This document shows positions 56,551-64,000 of a DNA stretch of 64,000 nt, piece by piece. The notes under the pieces are model-generated. The model was not told where the DNA came from, made no database searches, and saw only the letters and a program-made list of their open reading frames with translations. This DNA is from Gemmatimonadota bacterium (GTDB lineage: Bacteria; Gemmatimonadota; Gemmatimonadetes; Longimicrobiales; Gaopeijiaceae). The position numbers and the translations under genes were made by a program. How positions within the stretch are numbered: the first letter of the stretch is position 1; each line of letters starts with the position of its first letter. Location of the stretch: assembly GCA_034521595.1 (NCBI GenBank), contig JAXHMG010000003.1, forward strand, positions 2,080,001 through 2,144,000, read 5' to 3'.

Positions 56551-57959
56551 GGCCCCGCAGACGCGCGCTCCTCGCTCTGGGCATCGGCCTGCTGGCCGTC
56601 CCGAGCGTCGCCCCGGCACAGGACGGGGACGCTCCCCCGCCGCTCGGCGAGCCCCGGCCGTTCGACCTCCCGGAGACCGAGCGCTTCACGCTGGAGAACG
56701 GGCTCACGGTGACGCTCGTGCCGTACGGCCGGACCCCGAAGGCCACGGTGCGGCTCGTCCTTCCCACCGGGAACGTGGACGAAGCCGCGGACGAGATCTG
56801 GCTGGCCGACCTGACCGGCGACCTCGTGCAGGAGGGCACCACGAGCCGGGACGCCGAGGAGGTCGCCACGGAAGCGGCCGCTATGGGCGGCTCGCTCTCG
56901 CTCGGGGTGGGCACGGACCGCACCAGCGTGGGCGGTGACGTGCTCCAGGAGTTCGCCCCGGACATGGTGCGCCTGATCGCCGACGTAGTGCGGAACCCCG
57001 ACCTGCCGGCGTCCGAGCTCGACCGTCTCAAGGACGACCGGATCCGACGGCTCAGCGTCTCGACCCGGCAGCCCGGCACCCTCACCCGGGCGGAGTTCCT
57101 CGAACGGTTGTACCCCGACCACCCGTACGGCCGTATGCTGCCCACCACCGCGATGATCGAAGGGCTGTCGCACGACCGCGTCCGCACGTTCTGGGAGCGC
57201 CACTACGGGCCCGACGGCGCGCACCTCTACATCGCCGGCCGGTTCGACGCGGATGCGGTGCGGGACGCCGCGGGCGACGCGTTCGAAGACTGGACCGCCG
57301 AAGGCGACCAGGCCGCGCCGACCGCGAGCGCGGCCGATGCCGCCGACATCGTCTTCGTCGAGCGCCCGGACGCGTCCCAATCGACCCTCCACCTCGGTCT
57401 CCCGGTCGTCGATCCCTCGCACGAGGACTACGTCGCGCTCCAGGTGACCAACGCGCTGCTCGGCGGCTCGTTCGCGTCGCGCATCACCGGCAACATCCGG
57501 GAGGACAAGGGCTATACCTACTCGCCGCAGAGCTCCGTCTCGAGCCGGTACCGCACCGCGTACTGGGTGCAGACGGCGGACGTGACCTCCGACGTGACCG
57601 GCCCGGCGCTGGAGGAGATCTTCCACGAGATCGAGCGGCTCCGCAGCGAGCCGCCGCCCGAGGAAGAGCTCGACGGCATCCGCAACTACCTCGCGGGGCT
57701 CTTCGTGCTGCAGAACTCGAGCCGGGGCGGGATCGTCGGGCAGCTCTCCTTCCTCGATCTCCACGGCCTGACGGAGAGCTACCTCACCGGATACGTGGAT
57801 CGCGTGCACGCGGTGACCCCCGAGGAGGTACAGCGCATCGCCCGCACCTACTTCCGGCCGGACGACATGCTGCTGGTCGTGACCGGCGACCCGGAGGTGG
57901 CCCTGCCGCAGCTCCGGTCCTTCGGTACCGTGGAGGTGGTCGAGCCGGCCGCGCCCTGA
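56547..57959 (+). CDS. M16 family peptidase, non-catalytic partner subunit
   Basis: LENGL, HPYG and LGGSFASRITGNIREDKGYTY motifs. It lacks HXXEH and has an ATGA overlap with the upstream M16 gene. Confidence 0.92.
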   Translation: MRPRRRALLALGIGLLAVPSVAPAQDGDAPPPLGEPRPFDLPETERFTLENGLTVTLVPYGRTPKATVRLVLPTGNVDEAADEIWLADLTGDLVQEGTTSRDAEEVATEAAAMGGSLSLGVGTDRTSVGGDVLQEFAPDMVRLIADVVRNPDLPASELDRLKDDRIRRLSVSTRQPGTLTRAEFLERLYPDHPYGRMLPTTAMIEGLSHDRVRTFWERHYGPDGAHLYIAGRFDADAVRDAAGDAFEDWTAEGDQAAPTASAADAADIVFVERPDASQSTLHLGLPVVDPSHEDYVALQVTNALLGGSFASRITGNIREDKGYTYSPQSSVSSRYRTAYWVQTADVTSDVTGPALEEIFHEIERLRSEPPPEEELDGIRNYLAGLFVLQNSSRGGIVGQLSFLDLHGLTESYLTGYVDRVHAVTPEEVQRIARTYFRPDDMLLVVTGDPEVALPQLRSFGTVEVVEPAAP

Positions 57960-58087
57960 CCTGGCTCCGGCCGTCCGGAGCCAGGCGCGCCAGCACCCGG
58001 AGGCGGGCGCGGGTCCTTGTGGGGAGGGCCGCCCCGCCGGATTCGGCGGGGGAGTCCCGTCCATCCAGAACCGCACCGGAGCCCCCG

Positions 58088-61027
58088 ATGTTCGAACGCC
58101 TCGCTCCCCGGAGCCTCGCACGGCCCATCCTGGCCGCGCTTTTCGTAAGTGTCGCGATCCCGCAGCTCGCGCACGCACAGACCGTCTCCGACCAGCCGGT
58201 CGACGAGGAGTACACACGCCTCATCGACGAGCACCTGCAGGACGACCGGATCACGACGGAGCTCGTCGATCACCTGCCGGCCTCCGAGACCGTACCGACC
58301 CCGCTCGACTTCCACGGCCGCATCGTGGGCACGCCCGGCGAGCTCACCTACGCCGCCGACATCCACCGCTACATGCGGGCCATCGCCGACGCGTCACCCC
58401 GTGCGACGGTGTGGAGCATCGGGGAGAGTGAAGAGGGCCGCGAGATGATCCTGATGGCGATCGGGAACGAAGAGGCCATCGCCAATCTCGACACCCACCA
58501 GGGATACCTGCAGGAGCTCACCGACCCGCGCGCCACGTCCGAGGAGCGCGCGCAGGAGCTCATCGAAGAGCTCGCGAAGCCGATCTACTGGCTCACGAGC
58601 GGCATCCACTCGCCGGAGAACGGCGGGCCCGAGATGCTGCAGGAGCTCGCCTACCGGCTGGTCGTCCAGGAGTCCGAGTTCGTCCGGGCCATCCGGGACA
58701 ACGTGATCACCTTCATCACCCCCGTGATCGAGCCCGACGGACGCGAGAAGCAGGTCGACACGTACCACTTCAACGAGGACCGTCCGGAAGGGGCGGCGCG
58801 ACTTCCCCTCATGTATTGGGGCGAGTACGTCGCGCACGACAACAACCGCGACGCGATGGGGCAGATGCTCGCGCTCACCCGGCACGTGAACCGGGTGCAG
58901 CTCGAATGGGCGCCGACCATCATGCACGACCTCCACGAGCAGCAGAACTACCTCTACACCTCGACGGGCACGGGGCCGTACAACGAAGCCTTCGACGCCA
59001 TCACCATCACCGAGTGGTGGATGCTCGCGGAGAACGACGTCCTGGAGTTGACCAAGCGCGACGTGCCCGGGGTCTGGACGTACAACTTCTACGACGGGTG
59101 GACACCGAACTACATGTTCACGATCGCCCACTCGCACAACGCGATCGGCCGCTTCTACGAGGTTGCGAGCTACGGGCCGGAGAACCGGACCCTACGGGTC
59201 GGGAACACGACCACCAGCCGCGAGTGGTTCCGCCCCAACCCCCCGCTGCCCGAGATCGACTGGGGCCCGAGGAACAACACGAACATCCAGCAATCGGGGG
59301 TGCTCTTCAGCCTCAAGTACGTGGCCGACCACCGCGAGCTCTTCCTCGACAACTACTGGACCAAAAACGAGCGGTCCGTGCGCAAGGGCATCGAGGGCCC
59401 CGTCAACGCCTGGGTCATCCCGGCCGACCAGCGCCGGAAGGCGGACGCCGTGGACGCGGTGAACGAGCTCATGCGGCAGGGCCTCGAGATCCACCGGGCG
59501 GAGGAGTCGTTCACGGCCGGAGGCGTCGAGGTGGAGGAGGGCGACTACGTCGCCCGAGCCGACCAGCCGTTCCGCACGCTCGCGGACATGTACTTCTCCC
59601 TGCAGGCCTTCTCGCTCGACAATCCGCGTCCGTACGACGACACCGGGTGGACGTTCCAGCTCATGCGCAACATCGAGCTGGAGGAGATCGAGGACCCCTC
59701 GGTGCTCGACCGGAGCATGACGCTCCTCACCGAGCCGGCCCGTGCCCCCGGGGGCGTGCGCGGAAGCGGCGACGTGCTGGTCGTCGAGCACACGACCGAC
59801 AACAACCTCGTCGCCTTCCGGTTCCGCCACGACGACGTGCCCATGCTGGCCGCGGAGGAAGACTTCGAGATGGCGGGCCGCACATTCCGCGCCGGAGCGT
59901 TCATCATCCCCGAGGGGGACCGGAGCGCGCTCGAAGCGAGCCTCGAGGAGTACGGCTTGACGGCCTGGGCCACCGACGACGCGCCTTCCGTGCCGAGCCA
60001 CGAGCTCGACGTGCCCCGCATCGGCTACATCCACTCCTGGCAGCGCACGCAGGACGAAGGGTGGGTGCGTGGCGCGTTCGACCACTACGGGATTCCCTAT
60101 ACGTACTTCGCCGACAAGCGGGTGCGTGAGGGGAACCTCCGCGACCGCTACGACGTCATCGTGTACCCGCACGTCGGAGGGAGCGCGCAGTCCCAGGTCA
60201 ACGGGATCGCCATGACCGGGGAGCTTCCGCTGCCCTACCGTCAGACCGAGGAGACCCCCAACCTCGGCGTGCTCGACGAGAGCGACGACATCCGCGGCGG
60301 CATGGGCTTCGAAGGGCTCGTGGAGCTCGCCCGCTTCGTGCAGGACGGGGGTACGCTCATCGTGGAAGGGGCCACGTCGAACATCCTTCCGGAATACGGG
60401 ATCACGAGCGGCGTGAGCGTCGAGGACCCGGACGGCCTCATCGCGCCCGGCTCCATCCACCGGGGGATCCTGGCCGACCGGCTGAGCCCCATCGCGTACG
60501 GCTACGACGGCAGCCAGCTCCCCGTGTACTACAAGGGAGATCTCGTGCTCTCGACGGGCGACGGCGGCTTCGGCGGCTTCTTCGGTGGAGGCGGCGGTCC
60601 CTGGCAGAACACGACGCCGATGGCCAACCGTCCGGAGCTCTCACCGTACGAGCCTTCCGAGGACGAGCCCGAGCCCGAGGAGGACGTCGACGAGATGGCC
60701 GAGTTCCGCGCCATGGCCCGGGAGATGGGCTTCGGGAGCGACGACGGAGACGGGCCGCGCGTGGTCGTGGGCTTCCCCACGGACGCCGACCAGATGCTGC
60801 TCTCGGGCACGCTCGACGGTGGTGAGGCGCTCGAAGGGACGGCCCAGGTGGTCGACGTCCCGCTCGGGGAGGGGCACGTGGTGATGTTCGCCATCCGGCC
60901 CTTCTGGCGTTGGCAAACCCAGGGGACGTTCTTCCTCGGCTTCAACGCGCTCCTCAACTGGAACGACCTGGACGCGGGGCGGACCGAGGAAGAGGAGACC
61001 GAGACCGCCGACGACGGCGGGAGCTGA
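58088..61027 (+). CDS. Large secreted M14-family zinc carboxypeptidase with C-terminal GATase-like domain
   Basis: Signal peptide; GIHSPE, EPDG, HDNNRD and HDLHE motifs; later DEGWVR...YDVIVYP...FVQDGGTLI. Confidence 0.88.
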   Translation: MFERLAPRSLARPILAALFVSVAIPQLAHAQTVSDQPVDEEYTRLIDEHLQDDRITTELVDHLPASETVPTPLDFHGRIVGTPGELTYAADIHRYMRAIADASPRATVWSIGESEEGREMILMAIGNEEAIANLDTHQGYLQELTDPRATSEERAQELIEELAKPIYWLTSGIHSPENGGPEMLQELAYRLVVQESEFVRAIRDNVITFITPVIEPDGREKQVDTYHFNEDRPEGAARLPLMYWGEYVAHDNNRDAMGQMLALTRHVNRVQLEWAPTIMHDLHEQQNYLYTSTGTGPYNEAFDAITITEWWMLAENDVLELTKRDVPGVWTYNFYDGWTPNYMFTIAHSHNAIGRFYEVASYGPENRTLRVGNTTTSREWFRPNPPLPEIDWGPRNNTNIQQSGVLFSLKYVADHRELFLDNYWTKNERSVRKGIEGPVNAWVIPADQRRKADAVDAVNELMRQGLEIHRAEESFTAGGVEVEEGDYVARADQPFRTLADMYFSLQAFSLDNPRPYDDTGWTFQLMRNIELEEIEDPSVLDRSMTLLTEPARAPGGVRGSGDVLVVEHTTDNNLVAFRFRHDDVPMLAAEEDFEMAGRTFRAGAFIIPEGDRSALEASLEEYGLTAWATDDAPSVPSHELDVPRIGYIHSWQRTQDEGWVRGAFDHYGIPYTYFADKRVREGNLRDRYDVIVYPHVGGSAQSQVNGIAMTGELPLPYRQTEETPNLGVLDESDDIRGGMGFEGLVELARFVQDGGTLIVEGATSNILPEYGITSGVSVEDPDGLIAPGSIHRGILADRLSPIAYGYDGSQLPVYYKGDLVLSTGDGGFGGFFGGGGGPWQNTTPMANRPELSPYEPSEDEPEPEEDVDEMAEFRAMAREMGFGSDDGDGPRVVVGFPTDADQMLLSGTLDGGEALEGTAQVVDVPLGEGHVVMFAIRPFWRWQTQGTFFLGFNALLNWNDLDAGRTEEEETETADDGGS

Positions 61028-61085
61028 GCGGGGACGGGCGCGCCGAACAGCCCGTGGCAGACGTCTGGCGGGCCACGGTCCGTGA

Positions 61086-61117
61086 ACGGGCCGGCTCACC
61101 CACGTGGGCCGGCCCGT
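61086..61117. terminator. Hairpin between convergent genes (possible terminator)
   Basis: 14-bp stem ACGGGCCGGCTCAC / GTGGGCCGGCCCGT (one G-U pair) with a 4-nt loop; no clear U tract. Confidence 0.45.
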
Positions 61118-61121
61118 CCGC

Positions 61122-62342
61122 TCAGTCGGGCACGATCCGGTAGACCTCGCCCTCGTGGACGACGACGTACAGCTCGCCCGCCTCGTCCCGCCCGAACGAG
61201 GCCACGCTCCCGTCGACCGAGAGCTCGTCGGAGTGGTCCTGCACGTCCGTGGCCTCACCGCCCGCGAGGAGGAAGCTCCGGATCCAGCCCGAGCAATAGT
61301 CGGCGAACAGATAGCGTCCCTGGAGCTCCGGGATCGCCGCCCCGCGGTAGACGTAGCCGCCGGTCACCGAGCACCCCTCGTCGTGCCCGTACTCGTGGAC
61401 CGGCAACACCAGGCCCGTGGTGTTGCACCCCGTCGATGGATCGAAGCAGTGCGTCCCCTCCATCACCGACCACCCGTAGTTCTCCCCGCCCGGGCTCCCG
61501 CCCGGCTGCACCGAGATCTCCTCCCACTCGTTCTGGCCCACGTCGCCCATGTAGAGGTCGCCGGTGGCCGGGTCGAACGAGAAGCGCCACGGGTTGCGGA
61601 GCCCGTACGCCCAGACCTCGTCCCGGGCGTCCGGATCGTCGAAGAACGGGTTCGACGTGGGGACGAAGTAGCCCTCGCCGGCGAGGTTCACGTCGATGCG
61701 GAGCATGGACCCGAGCAAGGTGCCCGGATCCTGGCCATTGTCGTCGGGGTCGCCCGCGTCGCCCCCGTCCCCGAGCCCTATATAGAGCATGCCGTCGTTC
61801 CGCCCGAAGGCGAGCATCCCCCCGTTGTGGTTGGAGAACGGCTGGTCGACGAAGAGGACCTCGGTCCGGGACTCGGGGTCGGCCACGTCCGGCGTGTCTC
61901 CGGACACCGTGTACCGCACGATCCTCGTGTTTCCGTCCACGTCCGTGTAGTTCACGAAGACCCATCCGTTGCCCGGGTAGGCCGGATGGAACGCCATGCC
62001 CAGCAGCCCGCGCTCCCCACCCGTCGATACCCGCGAGGTCAGGTCCAGGAACGGCTCGGGCAGGACCTCGCCGTTCCGGATGACCCGGATCAGGCCACCC
62101 TGCTCCACGACGAAGAGCCGCTCGGGGTAGCCGGGCGCGGCCGTCACGAAGACGGGTGATTCGAAACCGTCGGCGACGAGCTCCAGACCGATCGGCAGCC
62201 GGTCCCCGATGATCCCCGACGGCACGTCGTCCTCGCCGCAGGCGCCGAGGGTCAGGACGAGCGCCAGCGTGAACGCGCTTCGGCCGACCCGGCAGCGGGG
62301 CGCGGGACATCCTTGGGGCGCTCGGGAAGGGGTCGGGATCAC
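61122..62342 (-). CDS. PQQ-dependent sugar (glucose/sorbosone) dehydrogenase-family lipoprotein
   Basis: Lipobox LGAC; GERGLLGMAFHP, NHNGG, GDGG, YGLRNPWR, DVGQNEWEE and SVTGGYVYRG motifs; GTG at 62342 after GGAGG. Confidence 0.9.
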   Translation of the reverse strand: MIPTPSRAPQGCPAPRCRVGRSAFTLALVLTLGACGEDDVPSGIIGDRLPIGLELVADGFESPVFVTAAPGYPERLFVVEQGGLIRVIRNGEVLPEPFLDLTSRVSTGGERGLLGMAFHPAYPGNGWVFVNYTDVDGNTRIVRYTVSGDTPDVADPESRTEVLFVDQPFSNHNGGMLAFGRNDGMLYIGLGDGGDAGDPDDNGQDPGTLLGSMLRIDVNLAGEGYFVPTSNPFFDDPDARDEVWAYGLRNPWRFSFDPATGDLYMGDVGQNEWEEISVQPGGSPGGENYGWSVMEGTHCFDPSTGCNTTGLVLPVHEYGHDEGCSVTGGYVYRGAAIPELQGRYLFADYCSGWIRSFLLAGGEATDVQDHSDELSVDGSVASFGRDEAGELYVVVHEGEVYRIVPD

Positions 62343-62562
62343 GGGACCTCCGGGTGGCTGGGTGCGTGCTGTTCCAACTTCACACCGGAGCACGTGGTGT
62401 GCCAAGCTGACGGCGCCATCGCTCGATCAATGGACAGCCTCCGTGTGAATCGGGATGCAGGCAGGGGATTCCTGACGAGGGTGCCTTTCGGGAGTGCGTC
62501 GAAGGCGGCACTATCCCAATAACCGCTCCCTTCCTGCCCATCTCACGTACTCGAGGAACGTG

Positions 62563-63795
62563 ATGTCCAATCACACGCTGAGGTCAGGGTTCATCCTGCT
62601 ATGCATTGGCTTGTGGCCCACATGGCTCGCGGGGCAGTCTCAGATCCCAGAGACCTGCGAGTGGTTTCTGGAGGAGACACAACGCTTCGGCGCTGCGGAT
62701 GGGGAGGACGCTCTCACGGGCATCTTGGACTTGGAGGTCGGGCCTGACGGCAATGTGTTCCTGGCACAACGGTTCGGTGCTGGTGTCACCATACTCACTC
62801 CGGACGGCGAAACGACGGTGCTGGGGCGTGCGGGAAGGGGGCCCGGCGAGTTCGACGGCCCGCCCCTGCGGCTCGGGTTCATCGGCGACACCCTGTGGGC
62901 ATCGGATCGGCTGACCGTTCATTTCTTCGGCCCTGACGGTGCCGAGCTACGGCAGGTCAGCTTCAGGACCGCCACCGGCCACGGCTCCCGTTTCGTGCCT
63001 CGTGTGCCGTTGGCGGATGGGAGCTTCCTCGGTGATCGGCAGATCGACCCGAGCTCCATGCGTGAATTCGTCGAAGCCACCCGTCTGCCGCTGCATCGAT
63101 TCTCTGCTTCCGGGGAGGTGCTGGACCCAGTCACTTTGATCCGCGCTCCGCCCGTGGTCACGATCGAGGGCGGTGGCTTCACGTTTCATCCACTCGGGGA
63201 CTGGCTCGGGGAGTCCATGCTGCCCGTGGCCGTCGAACCGGATGGAAGGGCGGTTGTGACGGCGGGGACCACACAAAACGCTGCAGCCGATGCATTCTTC
63301 CTGACTCGAGTCGACATCACCGGCGACACGATCCTTCATCGATCCATTCCGTATGAGCCCGCGCCGGTCAACGCCTCCGATCGCGAGTGGCTCACCGAAG
63401 CCTTCGCGGGCAGCCTCGCAGGCGATCATGACCCGGCCGTGTCGCGGACGAGGGATGATGCGGCGCGGGAGCGGCAGCGGCGAGCAGCACGAGAGGCGAT
63501 CACATTTCCGGACTACTTTCCACCGGTCCGACAGGTCGTTCCCGGCGCCGACGGCTCGATATGGCTCCTGCGGGAACTCGAGTTGCCTCAACGGACAGAT
63601 CGTTGGGAGGTGTATGGCGCGACCGGCGACCTCGAGGGTGTGGTCCGAGTGACCGAGGGGCGAGCCTTTCAAGACCCCTGGAAGCCTCGGCTAAAGATGC
63701 TCTGGGCAAGTCGAGACCAGGTCTGGGCGAGCAGCCTTGGAGAACTGGACGTGCCATACCTGCATCGGTTTCGAGTGGTTCGTGGGTGCGACTGA
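62563..63795 (+). CDS. Secreted 6-bladed beta-propeller-like hypothetical protein
   Basis: Signal peptide; GRAGRGPGEF, DTLWASD, DGSIW, WEVY and GELDVPY motifs typical of these propeller proteins; GAGG RBS. Confidence 0.75.
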   Translation: MSNHTLRSGFILLCIGLWPTWLAGQSQIPETCEWFLEETQRFGAADGEDALTGILDLEVGPDGNVFLAQRFGAGVTILTPDGETTVLGRAGRGPGEFDGPPLRLGFIGDTLWASDRLTVHFFGPDGAELRQVSFRTATGHGSRFVPRVPLADGSFLGDRQIDPSSMREFVEATRLPLHRFSASGEVLDPVTLIRAPPVVTIEGGGFTFHPLGDWLGESMLPVAVEPDGRAVVTAGTTQNAAADAFFLTRVDITGDTILHRSIPYEPAPVNASDREWLTEAFAGSLAGDHDPAVSRTRDDAARERQRRAAREAITFPDYFPPVRQVVPGADGSIWLLRELELPQRTDRWEVYGATGDLEGVVRVTEGRAFQDPWKPRLKMLWASRDQVWASSLGELDVPYLHRFRVVRGCD

Positions 63796-63929
63796 TCCAG
63801 AACGAGGTGCGGCGGCCCATCCAGTCCAGGGTTCCCGCCGCGGGACGCCGCGTTGCGACCGGCGGGGGCGACCCGTAGCGTCGGTATCGGGCGCAATGGA
63901 GAAGCGAAAAATGGACGGGAGGGTCTGCG

Positions 63930-64000
63930 ATGTCTTCAGCTCCGCGGTGGATCGCCACATGCGTCGTCACCGGTTGGGCTCTGGCTGGTTGCGAGGACAC
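63930..64000 (+). CDS. Lipoprotein, N-terminus only (runs off the window edge)
   Basis: GGGAGG RBS, then MSSAPRWIATCVVTGWALAGCED with an LAGC lipobox. Confidence 0.6.
   Translation, partial: MSSAPRWIATCVVTGWALAGCED

Noticed and set aside
58032-58051. 8-bp GC hairpin (CCCCGCCG-GATT-CGGCGGGG) between the M16 and M14 genes
   Set aside because: No U tract, and short GC stems are expected by chance at this GC content.
1-64000. rRNA, tRNA, CRISPR arrays, transposases, integrases
   Set aside because: None recognised; intergenic gaps are short and lack the relevant signatures. This was checked by eye only.

Overview
A high-GC bacterial chromosomal window of mostly housekeeping and cell-envelope genes. 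The gene repertoire (ADOP-type orphan ABC permeases, DUF2723, many secreted peptidases, a beta-propeller protein) suggests a Gemmatimonadota-like organism; this is inference only. Main blocks, in order: (1) a minus-strand operon DedA / coaE-PHP fusion / nrnA / hypothetical / fur / speB / cardiolipin synthase / ccdA. (2) A YyaL-type thioredoxin-domain protein and a Met-rich Spy/CpxP-like protein. (3) A minus-strand run of persulfide dioxygenase-rhodanese, HEAT protein, DUF2723 GT-C, MoeB, a 1495-aa TPR/glycoside-hydrolase/TPR/beta-barrel fusion and an outer-membrane protein. (4) A lysine/DAP operon (asd-lysC-dapB-dapA-dapD), plus a separate bifunctional aspartokinase-DAP decarboxylase. (5) Two PAS hybrid kinases, a TonB-dependent receptor, an ABC-F ATPase and a cluster of M28/M16/M14 peptidases. 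Features missing from or not obvious in the ORF track: two internally collapsed ABC-permease fossils; a decayed nrfH-nrfA-dsbB locus whose deletion appears to fall at microhomology; a 163-bp TA-flanked MITE-like element with 24-bp terminal inverted repeats just upstream of a small HNH nuclease gene; an 11-bp-periodic regulator box; and a probable ATC start codon. No rRNA, tRNA, CRISPR array, transposase or prophage was recognised. All calls come from reading motifs by eye; no database search was run.
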